This document shows, piece by piece, positions 9,181-18,331 of a stretch of 64,000 nucleotides of DNA. A program made the position numbers and the translations under genes. This stretch comes from Candidatus Bathyarchaeota archaeon (GTDB taxonomy: Archaea; Thermoproteota; Bathyarchaeia; Bathyarchaeales; Bathycorpusculaceae). Position 1 is the first letter of the stretch. Each line of letters begins with the position of its first letter. The stretch lies in NCBI GenBank assembly GCA_963827165.1, contig CAWGZR010000010.1, forward strand, positions 71,394-135,393, in the 5' to 3' direction. The notes below the pieces were generated by a model. It made no database searches. It saw only the letters and a program-made list of their open reading frames with translations, and had not been told where the DNA came from.

Positions 9181-9352
9181 GTGGACTTTAGTGAACGGTA
9201 ATGGACGGTAAAGAACGGTAGGGGACGGTAAAAGACGGTAAAGGACGGCAAGGGACGGTAATGGACTTTAAAGGACGGTAAAGGACGCAACCTGCAGAGA
9301 ATTCAAGCCCCAAACCAAAAAAGCAACCCATTTCACAAAAGAAAAAAATTCA
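9181..9352 (+). repeat. Module copy 3: 10-bp-period array (AAGGACGGTA, 11 units) plus conserved motif
   Basis: gtggacttta/gtgaacggta/atggacggta/aagaacggta/ggggacggta/aaagacggta/aaggacggca/agggacggta/atggacttta/aaggacggta/aaggacgcaa then cctgcagagaattcaagccccaaaccaaaaaagcaacccatttcacaaaag. Confidence 0.92.
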
Positions 9353-9510
9353 AAGCTTTCAGTTTTCTACCTTCCAAGTACTCTCATTGTCAACAAAAGA
9401 AAGTCACAAGTGGTCGCCCAGGCCCGCTTGCATTCGTAAAACACTCCCTATTGTCCCGGTCGGCGAGGGTGCTTCAAAAATTGGAATCGACTAAGACAGA
9501 AAGGAGTTCT

Positions 9511-9586
9511 TGGTAGCCCGGGAGAGACTCGAACTCTCGTCAAGGGCTCCAGAGGCCCCTATGCTTGACCGCTACACCACCGGGCT
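9511..9586 (-). tRNA. tRNA-Gln(CTG), CCA encoded
   Basis: Reverse complement AGCCCGGTGGTGTAGCGGTCAAGCATAGGGGCCTCTGGAGCCCTTGACGAGAGTTCGAGTCTCTCCCGGGCTACCA; anticodon arm GGGGC-CTCTGGA-GCCCT; T-loop TTCGAG. Confidence 0.96.
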
Positions 9587-9623
9587 TTAAGCACAACACA
9601 AACGTGGTTCACAATATTTAACT

Positions 9624-9848
9624 TTAATGTTGTGTTGCGTCGCCGTTATTCTTGGCCCTCAAGGCTTCTCGAACGCAGTAGCATTCTTGGCTAACCCTAT
9701 TGTAGCTCTCGCAACGCCATAGCGTGTCAACGATCGCGCTTTTGTTTTGGCCATAACGGGTCGAACAAAAAACCTTCGTGGGGTAATCGTAACTGTTGTG
9801 GCTATCACAGTTGCCGCAGTGTTCGTCGCCATCTGAATTTTGAACCAT
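9624..9848 (-). CDS. Small Cys-rich hypothetical protein downstream of dys
   Basis: 74 aa with CxxC plus four further Cys; ATG 4 nt after the dys stop. Confidence 0.5.
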   Translation of the reverse strand: MVQNSDGDEHCGNCDSHNSYDYPTKVFCSTRYGQNKSAIVDTLWRCESYNRVSQECYCVREALRAKNNGDATQH

Positions 9849-9852
9849 CTCT

Positions 9853-10926
9853 TTAGCTTCCTTTTACAGCTGTTTTTTCAAACTGCGGAGGGGGCATTCG
9901 ATTAAAGTTATCGCCCAAACGCTCAGTAGCACAGGCAACAAGAATCGGGAAAATCATTAGCGCCTCGCCGATGACCATGACGTGGGCGGCTTCACCCTTC
10001 ATTTTTCCCCAACTCACCGTTTCCTCTAAAGTTGAACCCGACAAACCGCCTGTTTCAGGCCTATCTAACGTTATGACGATGCCGTAGTCCAAGCCTTTCT
10101 TAGACGCCACGGCAGAAGATTGGATCGTGTTACGCGGCACACCGCCGCCTATAACTATCATCCCGTTTTTAGGCGACTTGCTACAGATCCCGCAGATTGT
10201 CGGCACATCCTTAAAAGCATCCAACTGCAACACAGGTTTTGGTTTGTCCTGCGCGGCGTGAAGCCAATGGATAAACCCGAATTCTGAGTCTCTAACGGAG
10301 GGCAAGAAAACTGGCACGTTCTCCTCGTACGCCGCTCGAAGAATAGAGTTTTCATCTGTGAGGCGCTTGCCTATTTCAAAGGTAAACTCGTTGGAAGCTA
10401 AACTTTCGCCTTTACGTTCACGGGCGATGTCATCATAGATGTCTGACATTTTTACGTCCAATCGAACGTAATCCTCTTCAGGGACAAGGATGTCGTAGAT
10501 CCGAAAAAGATGATACTTGTAGAGTTCCGTGTCGTTGGCTGTCCAGCTAGCTTTGTAGTGGTGACCGCCGACGGCTTCGATGGCGTCATGAACCATGCAT
10601 GCGCCTGTGCTAACTATCACATCGACCAAATGTTTCCTTATCAAATCTTTAACAAGTGTACGCATTCCTGCGGGAACAACGGCGCCTGAAAGCGCCAAGA
10701 AGATGGTGCAGTCTTTGTCCCTGAGCATTTTCTCGTAGATGTCGCACGCCGTCGCCAATCTGCCAGCCCCAAGTGAACCTGATTTCTTGAATTGCTGCAT
10801 CAGCTGGTCGACGGTTTGAACGCCGACTACTTTTATGTGCTCAACTGGATTTTGCAGGTAATCTTTCCGATCCATCCAAGCTGCATCCATTGTAAGTTGT
10901 TTGTGGATATGGAGTATCCTTTTCAT
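9853..10926 (-). CDS. dys: Deoxyhypusine synthase
   Basis: FLALSGAVVPAGMR, VSTGA..VHD, IGGGVPRN, GGLSGSTLEETVSWGK. Confidence 0.93.
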   Translation of the reverse strand: MKRILHIHKQLTMDAAWMDRKDYLQNPVEHIKVVGVQTVDQLMQQFKKSGSLGAGRLATACDIYEKMLRDKDCTIFLALSGAVVPAGMRTLVKDLIRKHLVDVIVSTGACMVHDAIEAVGGHHYKASWTANDTELYKYHLFRIYDILVPEEDYVRLDVKMSDIYDDIARERKGESLASNEFTFEIGKRLTDENSILRAAYEENVPVFLPSVRDSEFGFIHWLHAAQDKPKPVLQLDAFKDVPTICGICSKSPKNGMIVIGGGVPRNTIQSSAVASKKGLDYGIVITLDRPETGGLSGSTLEETVSWGKMKGEAAHVMVIGEALMIFPILVACATERLGDNFNRMPPPQFEKTAVKGS

Positions 10927-11097
10927 ATTTAAAGTTGAATTAAGATGCGGGATGAAGTATCATCGAACTAAAATTGGCAATTTCCAATTTGATCCTTTAT
11001 TTTTTCAAGCCCGTTTAGTGTCAGTGGCTTCAAGAAAAACTGAAACTTGGAAGAATAAAATAAACTAAAGAAAAACACGCGAAAAAAAAGGTTAGTT

Positions 11098-11574
11098 TCA
11101 GAGCCTTTTAGTCATTACATAAGCGTCTTCGCCGTCTGAGTAGTACCCGTTTAATGTTCGGGTAACTTCAAACCCAAGCTTCTTGTAAAGAGAAATTGCG
11201 GCCTCGTTGGTGACTCTGACTTCGAGGAAGCATTGTTTTGCCTTGTAGTATGCCATGCCTTCCATAGCCTTGTTGATGAGCGCTTTAGCGACTCCTTTTC
11301 GCCTGTGCTGTGGCATAACTGCGATGGATACCACGTGTCCCTTGCGAATCAAGCCGCCGAAACCGTAATTTGACAAGCCGACTTCTATGCGGCACATGAT
11401 GTAACCGTCCATTTCGCTGTTTTCTTCCGCCACAATGAAGGTTTCTGGGAACCTTTGGTGCAAGTCGATGAAGAAGAAGTCTGTGTAGTTTTCTGGCAAA
11501 CATACACGGTTTACCTGCATTACATTCTGCAGATCGTCAGGAATAAATTTGCGGAGCTTGAATGTCTGCTGCAT
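11098..11574 (-). CDS. ard1: N-terminal acetyltransferase, Ard1/RimI GNAT family
   Basis: CLPENY, GYIMCRIE, GHVVSIAVMPQHRRKGVA, LEVRVTNEAAISLYKKLGF, YYSDGEDAYVM. Confidence 0.92.
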   Translation of the reverse strand: MQQTFKLRKFIPDDLQNVMQVNRVCLPENYTDFFFIDLHQRFPETFIVAEENSEMDGYIMCRIEVGLSNYGFGGLIRKGHVVSIAVMPQHRRKGVAKALINKAMEGMAYYKAKQCFLEVRVTNEAAISLYKKLGFEVTRTLNGYYSDGEDAYVMTKRL

Positions 11575-11674
11575 TATTACGCGTCCTTAAAGGAGATTTC
11601 ACCGTTCAAACTTAAATGTTACGCTTATTCCCGCTTTAACAATCACCAACGCAGTTTTCGACAAAAATACGAAC

Positions 11675-12964
11675 TTAAGCTTTAGTTTCTTCAGGGGACT
11701 TAAACACTGGGAAAGTGTACCTGCCTTGAGGTACCGCCCAAACTCTTGAAGCGGAGCCTGCAATCTTGAATGCTTCAGCCAACGCATCGTTTACTGCACG
11801 CGCGGTCTTTAGCTTGAATATGCTTGTGGCATAATAGTCGGGCAGCGAAGAAACCAGTATTATCTGGTGATTTTGCAGAGCTTTTAAGAGGTAATATGCT
11901 TGGTGTCCGCCCATGACGAAGTTGCGTTTGATTTCGCGCTCCACATTTTTGAGGTCGCCTAAACGGGTCATCCAATCGTAAAACGCTTGGTTCCCATGCC
12001 CTTCAGGACACTCCGCCACCAGAATAATGACGCCGCCCCGTTTCACAGCGTCCAAAACGTTGTCCAACGCTTTGTAAGCTTGATAAAGATCCGCATCCCC
12101 CGGGGACCCACCAGCACTCACTACGAGAATCTCAGCTCTGCGATCCACTTCAACGAGGTACATATCATCCACAAGTTTAACGGCTTCCAAGAACGCTTGC
12201 TCCAAGTCGCCGGCGAAAGCTTCTACAATTTCGCCCTTCTTGTTTGTAACGACGTTAACGATAAAATCAACTTTGGCAAGTTGAGCTGCTTCAGTCATAT
12301 CCCGATGCACTGGGTTGTCTTCCAAGTTTCCCGTTCGAGAATTTGCATGCAACAGCATCGAATGGTTTTGCTTGATGGTTTCTTCGCCGCACACTGCGGG
12401 CAGAACGCTTTTTCTTCCGCCGCCATACCCAGCGTAATAGTGAAAGCCGACATCGCCCAAAAGCACTCGTACATCTGCATCTGCAAAGACACGGTTAACC
12501 ATAATTTTATTGCCATGTGTCTTTGTTGTGCCAACATTCACCAAATCGGCCGCTCGACAGTCATGGCTCACAACTTTAACCCGTTTCAAAGCGTCCGCAC
12601 CAATCAGAGCTTCGGCTTCCTCAGGTTTAACCGCTCGGTGAGTGCCGCAACCAAAAATAACCGTGACATTTTCGTCTTTGACCCCTGCGATGCTCAACTC
12701 GGCGAGCACGGGCAGAAGCATCGTTTCGGTTGGCGTTTTGCGGGTTACATCATCAACAACGATTGCGACTTTGCTTTCAGGTTTGGCGATTTCGCTAAGC
12801 CGCATTGAACCAACTGGAATGGTCTCTTTGAGGGCTCGTTCAACTTCTGCTTTCGCGTCGGCTACTCCTTGTCGGTCAGCGGGTTCAATTGTGCCAAGCA
12901 GGTTTCGGGCTGGAACTCGGACGCAAACGTCGGTTTTTCCGTAGGGAAGCCAAACATCAACCAT
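11675..12964 (-). CDS. larA: LarA-family nickel-pincer racemase/epimerase
   Basis: LPYG, IVVDDVTRKTP, FGCGTHR, FHYYAGYGGGRKSVLPAV, DLYQAYKAL, IILVAECPEGHG. Confidence 0.85.
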   Translation of the reverse strand: MVDVWLPYGKTDVCVRVPARNLLGTIEPADRQGVADAKAEVERALKETIPVGSMRLSEIAKPESKVAIVVDDVTRKTPTETMLLPVLAELSIAGVKDENVTVIFGCGTHRAVKPEEAEALIGADALKRVKVVSHDCRAADLVNVGTTKTHGNKIMVNRVFADADVRVLLGDVGFHYYAGYGGGRKSVLPAVCGEETIKQNHSMLLHANSRTGNLEDNPVHRDMTEAAQLAKVDFIVNVVTNKKGEIVEAFAGDLEQAFLEAVKLVDDMYLVEVDRRAEILVVSAGGSPGDADLYQAYKALDNVLDAVKRGGVIILVAECPEGHGNQAFYDWMTRLGDLKNVEREIKRNFVMGGHQAYYLLKALQNHQIILVSSLPDYYATSIFKLKTARAVNDALAEAFKIAGSASRVWAVPQGRYTFPVFKSPEETKA

Positions 12965-13124
12965 GACTGGTCACGTATTGGAATGTACTCAACCTAGGAG
13001 CTTTTAAGCCTTATCAAAACATGCGTGAAGAAAAACGAATGCGATTTTGCTAAATGAATTTATTAGGGTTCTAATGCAACAGTAGTGTTAAATCGGATTG
13101 GGAATCTTTCGGCTGGGAAACTGA

Positions 13125-14315
13125 TTGCGTAGGCGCCAAAGCGTATTCAAAGATGAGTCAAGACTTGACATAAATTACGTTCCGCAGAAGCTTCCCCACA
13201 GAGAGTCGGAGCTTCGTTTGCTGACGGAGTTCTTCAGCTTCGTTATCCATTGCCCAGAGCGTATGGCTCAACGTATCATCGTTACAGGCGATGTGGGAAC
13301 GGGAAAAACAGCTCTTGCCCAGCATTTCGGCGCCACCATAACATCAGAAGCTAACAGACGAGGCGTAAAATTCCGATATATTCACATCAACTGTCGAGAG
13401 TTCCGTGGCAACCTTCTCCAGATCATTCATCAGACACTCGCCGCTTTCCGCCCCACCTACCCGGCCCGTGGATACTCAGAACAGGAAATTCTCACCGCTC
13501 TGATGCAGGTTCTAGACGAAGAACAGGTCTCCGTGGTGCTGACTCTGGATGAGTTTGACAGCGTCATCGAAAACGAAGGCTCAGACGCCGTATACAAGTT
13601 GACCAGGCTGCAGGAGATGCGGCAGGGCAAACCGCAGCGGCTCTCATTCATTTTTATCATGCGCGACCTAAAAGCGGTGGAGAAGCTGGACGCGAGCTCA
13701 AAAAGCACCCTTCAACGCAGCATCATTTGCCTTGAACGGTATGGCAAACAACAACTGATCGATATACTCAGCGACCGTGTAGCCATGGCGTTTGAACTTG
13801 GCACTGTAGAAGAAGACGTCGTCGGATTAATTGCTGAGTTGTCTTTTAAGGAAACGGGGAACGCCCGCTTCGGAATCGAACTATTATGGCGCGCGGGCAA
13901 ATACGCCGATTCCACCGACGCCGAGATGGTTGAAGCAGAATGCGTCCGGATGGCAGTTTCCAGCATCATCCCAAGCATGCGACGCAGCGATTTAGCCTCT
14001 TTGGGACTGCATCAAAAACTGTTCCTCCTAGCCGTCGCACGCTTCTTCAAAGAGAACGAGCAAGCTTACGCGACGTTATCAGAAATTGAAAAAGCCTATT
14101 TGATTGTCTGCGAAGAATTCAATCAGAAAGCCAACAGTCACACGCAAATCTGGAACTATGCGCAGTACCTCTCGTCGCTGGGCGTCATCAAAATCGAAGT
14201 TGCATCCTCAGCCTCAAGGGGAAGATCAACCCAAGTTTCTCTGCCAGCTATTCCAGCATTTGAGCTTGAAAAAGAATTAAGCTCCTCGTTAACCTCAGAG
14301 AAAGAAAGGCTGTGA
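13125..14315 (+). CDS. cdc6: Orc1/Cdc6 replication initiator family AAA+ ATPase
   Basis: LDINYVPQKLPHRE, Walker A GDVGTGKT, Walker B LDEFD, GNARFGIELL, C-terminal wHTH with GRSTQV. Confidence 0.93.
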   Translation: MRRRQSVFKDESRLDINYVPQKLPHRESELRLLTEFFSFVIHCPERMAQRIIVTGDVGTGKTALAQHFGATITSEANRRGVKFRYIHINCREFRGNLLQIIHQTLAAFRPTYPARGYSEQEILTALMQVLDEEQVSVVLTLDEFDSVIENEGSDAVYKLTRLQEMRQGKPQRLSFIFIMRDLKAVEKLDASSKSTLQRSIICLERYGKQQLIDILSDRVAMAFELGTVEEDVVGLIAELSFKETGNARFGIELLWRAGKYADSTDAEMVEAECVRMAVSSIIPSMRRSDLASLGLHQKLFLLAVARFFKENEQAYATLSEIEKAYLIVCEEFNQKANSHTQIWNYAQYLSSLGVIKIEVASSASRGRSTQVSLPAIPAFELEKELSSSLTSEKERL

Positions 14316-14321
14316 TGCAGC

Positions 14322-14588
14322 ATGGAAATAGAAGAGGTTTTCTCATCGAAACTGCGTATGAAAATACTAAAAATGCTTTACGGTTTAGGCTACGTTAATG
14401 TTTCGGATGTTGCCCGCCGTCTGGGCAGCAATTTCGCAGTGACTTCTAAGCATCTAAAAGTTTTGGAGGCGGAAGGGATTCTGCAGGGAACAACTTACGG
14501 TCGGGTTCGCTTGTACAGGTTCAACGAAGCCTCAGCCAAAGCAAAAGCAGTCAAGAATCTCATAGAGGCATGGGAACAAAACAGATAA
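14322..14588 (+). CDS. ArsR-like winged-helix protein
   Basis: FSSKLRMKILKML...VSDVARRL...TSKHLKVLEAEGIL...YGRVRLYRFN. Confidence 0.82.
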   Translation: MEIEEVFSSKLRMKILKMLYGLGYVNVSDVARRLGSNFAVTSKHLKVLEAEGILQGTTYGRVRLYRFNEASAKAKAVKNLIEAWEQNR

Positions 14589-14706
14589 CGTCATAATCGT
14601 TTTTCTTCCATCCTGATCAAGCAGGGTCAACTCAAAAACAAAAAGACATACAAGAAAGGAAAACAGAATTATCAACTAGAACAAGAACGCTACAGAGGAA
14701 AACACT

Positions 14707-15147
14707 TTGGCTATGGTTGATGTTTCAGATAAGGCGGAAATTTTTCGGGAAGCGACCGCGTCGGGAACAATAAAGTTGAAGCCCGAGACAATCGGCTTGA
14801 TTAAGGCTGGAAAAATCGCTAAAGGCGACCCGCTCTACACTGCTAAAATCGCTGGTGTTCTCGCGGCGAAGAAAACAAGCAGTTTGATTCCTCTTTGTCA
14901 CCCTCTTCCCTTGACTAATGTGCAAGTAGAGGTTAAAGTGTCAGGCGAAGGCTCAGTTGAGGTTTTGGCGACTGTGAAAGCCAAGGCGCAGACTGGCGTG
15001 GAGATGGAGGCGCTGGCTGCGGTTTCTATGGGTTTGCTAACTGTTTGGGACATGACAAAGCAGTATGAAAAAGACGCAGCTGGACAGTACCCGTCAACAG
15101 CTATTGAAAACATTCACGTTGTGCGAAAGTTCAAACAGCAGGTGTAA
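14707..15147 (+). CDS. moaC: Cyclic pyranopterin monophosphate synthase
   Basis: MVDVSDK, KGDPL..AKIAG..AAKKT..LIPLCHPLPL, TGVEMEAL, WDMTK. Confidence 0.95.
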   Translation: MAMVDVSDKAEIFREATASGTIKLKPETIGLIKAGKIAKGDPLYTAKIAGVLAAKKTSSLIPLCHPLPLTNVQVEVKVSGEGSVEVLATVKAKAQTGVEMEALAAVSMGLLTVWDMTKQYEKDAAGQYPSTAIENIHVVRKFKQQV

Positions 15148-15150
15148 AAC

Positions 15151-15681
15151 ATGAGCGAAACCACAAAGCAACATAAGACTAAAGCGCCAAAAACTCTCAA
15201 CTTCGGAATCTACATCTGCAGCACTTCGCGGTACACGCTTGTACAAAAGGGTGAAAAAGTCGATGATCTTGGCGGCGACACACTGATTGAACTCCTCAAA
15301 AAGGCACAGCAGAATGTACTTTTTAAGCGGATAATCGCCGATGACAAGGAGCTGATTTCCGCAGCTGTAATGGAAGCCTTAGACATACCCGATTTAGACG
15401 TCTTGATCTTTTCAGGAGGAACAGGCATCACCCACACTGACATCACGATCGAAACTGTTACACCCTTCTTCGAGAAAACTCTGCCAGGGTTCGGTGAGTT
15501 CTTCAGGGCCATAAGCTTCAGTAAGGTTGGCTCCGCCGCAGTTTTATCCCGCGCCGCCGCTGGCGTTGCTAATGGGAAAGCCCTGTTTTGTATTCCAGGT
15601 TCGCCAGATGCCGTGCGGGTTGCGGCAGAAATGCTTATTTTGCCCGAGTCGCCACACATCGTTAAACACTCACGTGAATAA
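15151..15681 (+). CDS. moaB: Molybdopterin adenylyltransferase MoaB/MogA family
   Basis: SGGTGITHTDITIE, KTLPGFGEFFRAIS, FCIPGSPDAV. Confidence 0.9.
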   Translation: MSETTKQHKTKAPKTLNFGIYICSTSRYTLVQKGEKVDDLGGDTLIELLKKAQQNVLFKRIIADDKELISAAVMEALDIPDLDVLIFSGGTGITHTDITIETVTPFFEKTLPGFGEFFRAISFSKVGSAAVLSRAAAGVANGKALFCIPGSPDAVRVAAEMLILPESPHIVKHSRE

Positions 15682-15684
15682 CCA

Positions 15685-16617
15685 ATGAGTTTAACCGACA
15701 ACTGCGGCAGACCCCTTCTTAACCTTAGGATTTCAATTACCCAGCGATGCAACAACCGCTGCGCATACTGTCACCGCGAAGGGGAAGTTCAACGAGCTAA
15801 CCTTTCAGCCGAACAAATGACGTGTCAAGAAATTGTTCATATTGCACAAATAGCAATTAGCCTTGGTATCGCACGCGTAAAGTTGACTGGAGGCGAACCG
15901 CTCATGCGCCAAGACCTCCCAGAAATCGTTTCAGGCATCGCAGCGATTCAGGGTTTGAAGGACCTATCTTTAACAACTAATGGTCTGCTGCTGGGCGGGA
16001 TGGCGAAGGACCTGAATATACGCGGACTTAAGCGTGTTAACATAAGTTTGCCCTCGCTCAAACCGGAAACTTACCGAAGATTGACAGGCGGCAAACTCCA
16101 AGATGCGTTGGAAGGGGTTAAAGCAGCTATTGAGGAGGGCTTCTGCCCGGTAAAGCTTAACATGGTTATCTTAAAGGATGTGAACGTAGGAGACGTTCCA
16201 GACTTGATTGAGTACGCACGTCAAAACCATGTTGTCCTGCAACTTATTGAGCTCGACCCAGTCAACGTCGGCAGCGACTACTACTTGACGCATCACCGCA
16301 GCTTAGACGATCAGGAACAGCTCCTCAAAGAGCAGGCTTTGACTGTTGAGAGCCGACCTTTCATGCATAACCGCCTAATCTACCATCTGCCAAACGTAAC
16401 TGTCGAAGTTGTGCACCCTATCGAAAACACAGATTTTTGCATGCACTGCACTCGTATGCGCGTCACAAGCGACGGCAAACTAAAACCCTGCTTAATGAGA
16501 AACGACAACTTAACAGACATCCTGACACCGATACGCCAAGGCGCAAACGATCTACAATTGAGACAACTGTTTGTCCAAGCCAATCAGCTAAGAGAGCCTT
16601 ATAATAAAAGCAGCTAA
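15685..16617 (+). CDS. moaA: GTP 3',8-cyclase (radical SAM)
   Basis: LRISITQRCNNRCAYCHREG, KLTGGEPL, TTNG, FCMHCTRMRVTSDGKLKPCL. Confidence 0.95.
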   Translation: MSLTDNCGRPLLNLRISITQRCNNRCAYCHREGEVQRANLSAEQMTCQEIVHIAQIAISLGIARVKLTGGEPLMRQDLPEIVSGIAAIQGLKDLSLTTNGLLLGGMAKDLNIRGLKRVNISLPSLKPETYRRLTGGKLQDALEGVKAAIEEGFCPVKLNMVILKDVNVGDVPDLIEYARQNHVVLQLIELDPVNVGSDYYLTHHRSLDDQEQLLKEQALTVESRPFMHNRLIYHLPNVTVEVVHPIENTDFCMHCTRMRVTSDGKLKPCLMRNDNLTDILTPIRQGANDLQLRQLFVQANQLREPYNKSS

Positions 16618-16641
16618 TCAAAAGCAAAACGTTTTTTCGAA

Positions 16642-17139
16642 TTAAAGCTCAATTATCTTTGCTTCCTGCTTAGCCGTGTCCAGCAGAGCAATTGTGCATT
16701 TTCCAGTTAGGTAGCCGCAGAGTTCTCCAGGGTTTATGGCGAGTGTTTTTCCTCTTTTTTCGACGCGGCTGTAGTGAGAGTGCCCATGAATAACTGCGTC
16801 AAAGATTCCGCCTTCAATGATTGCATTGAGCAGCTCGGTTTCTTCCCCGTGTAGAAGCGCGATTCTGAAACCTTCGACCTCAACTTTGGCGAATCTTTCG
16901 TGTATTGTGCAGTTACTGGTTTCGCTGAAACGTCTTTTGAGGAGTTCGTGGTCTCCATCGTTGTTACCGAAGACGCCAACGAGTTTACAATTTAGCTGTT
17001 TTAGTTTGGGTAGAACGAAGCCTGCAACGTAGTCGCCTGCGTGAAGGACTAAACCAACTTTTTGGTCATTAAGGTATTTCACTGCCTTCTCGATTTGAGG
17101 CAGGTTGTCATGGGTATCTGAGATTGCGCCTACAAGCAT
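16642..17139 (-). CDS. Metallophosphoesterase, MJ0936/YfcE family
   Basis: SDTHDN, HAGD, GNND, LHG, HGHSH, INPGE. Confidence 0.9.
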   Translation of the reverse strand: MLVGAISDTHDNLPQIEKAVKYLNDQKVGLVLHAGDYVAGFVLPKLKQLNCKLVGVFGNNDGDHELLKRRFSETSNCTIHERFAKVEVEGFRIALLHGEETELLNAIIEGGIFDAVIHGHSHYSRVEKRGKTLAINPGELCGYLTGKCTIALLDTAKQEAKIIEL

Positions 17140-17670
17140 AACCGATCACAATTGATTTTTCACTCGTTGCTGCAATAAAGGTTTTCGCTTGTTTAACCGC
17201 GATTTGAAAAAAAGGATGGGAGTGCAGTTGTTTTCACGCTATCCTTTTTGAATGGAAAGAAGAAACAAACTGGACATAATGCCAGCATGCTGGAAACAAC
17301 TAAAAAAGAAAGATGGAACGAATTACTTCGTCCCAAATCCTAAACTTATTTTGATCATCCTCGTTTGAAAAAAGGTTTCTTGGTCGCACCCTGCGGTGGA
17401 CGTTAAACGCATTTTTTGTTGTTGTGGACTCAATAGCGGAAAAAGACTTCACAAGCTTCCAGCATTAATTCCCCGCCTTCAGCTTCATCGTACCTCGATT
17501 TTCTCATCGTCCAAGGTTTTAGGAACCCTAACGGGTTTATTTACGTTTTCCATAAGTCAGAGCCTTAGGCACCTAAAATAAAGCGTCAATTAGTTTGAGG
17601 TTGATTTGCCAAGTTGGTTTTAGGGTTACACCTAGTTTTTTGATGAAAGAAAAAAGTGGCTAAAGCAGGG

Positions 17671-18003
17671 TTAATCTGAGTTTAGTAGCTTAGCTTTCAG
17701 CGAGATTTCTTCCGAAATCTGATCTCTGGTTTTACCTTCTGTGGATATTCCCAAGCTTCTTGCTGCGTCAATCAAGACTTCGTCTCTGCTCTTCAAAGCA
17801 GGCGGTGGAGGCACATTAAAAGTTGTCACGGAACTTGTCTGTGGTGTTTCGCTCGCTGCCTTCGTGAATTCGTTCTGTGCTTTAGTGAATTCGCCCTTAG
17901 CCCTACCTAGTGCTTTAGCAAACTCGGGGATTTTCGCTGGACCCCAAAGGATCACAACTATGGCGATTGCGCCGATAATAAGCCATTCTATACCATCTAG
18001 CAT
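17671..18003 (-). CDS. tatA: Twin-arginine translocase TatA/E with C-terminal extension
   Basis: EWLIIGAIAIVVILWGPAKIPEFAKALGRAKGEF. Confidence 0.88.
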   Translation of the reverse strand: MLDGIEWLIIGAIAIVVILWGPAKIPEFAKALGRAKGEFTKAQNEFTKAASETPQTSSVTTFNVPPPPALKSRDEVLIDAARSLGISTEGKTRDQISEEISLKAKLLNSD

Positions 18004-18169
18004 AGCAAAAATTCTCCTGTTTTAAAAGATTATTTTCTTTACATTAAAGTTCTTTTTAATTCTTAAATAGATTTGTTGTTGTACCCTAGCAATCACCAAC
18101 TCGCTACTCCAAGTCTCTTTCTACTTTTTCTGTTTGGATGATTTTGACTAAAAACCGTGTGGGAAATTC

Positions 18170-18300
18170 TGCGAATTTTTCTTTGTGTTTTGGGTTGCTT
18201 TTTTGGTTTGGGACTTGGATTGACTGCAGGTTACGTCTTAAAATCTCCATAAATCTCTAGAAAGCTCCATAAATCTCTAGGAATATCCAGTAACCTCTCA
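18170..18300 (-). repeat. Module copy 4 (inverted): conserved motif plus 10-bp-period array (AAATCTCYAK, 6 units)
   Basis: Reverse complement of 18170-18237 is gacgtaacctgcagtcaatccaagtcccaaaccaaaaaagcaacccaaaacacaaagaaaaattcgc. Array on +: aaatctccat/aaatctctag/aaagctccat/aaatctctag/gaatatccag/taacctctca. Confidence 0.88.
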
Positions 18301-18331
18301 AAGAAAAGAAAACAAAAAGGAGACGAAAAAA

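Noticed and set aside
8701-9352. CRISPR array
   Set aside because: Units are contiguous 10-mers with no unique spacers, and no cas gene is present in the window.
12965-13124. Replication origin (ORB elements) beside cdc6
   Set aside because: No TTCCAGTGGAAAC-like repeats or G-strings seen in the flanks.
17209-17249. Inverted repeat AAAAAGGAT...ATCCTTTTT as an ncRNA or MITE
   Set aside because: Single copy with A/T-rich arms; insufficient evidence beyond a possible hairpin.
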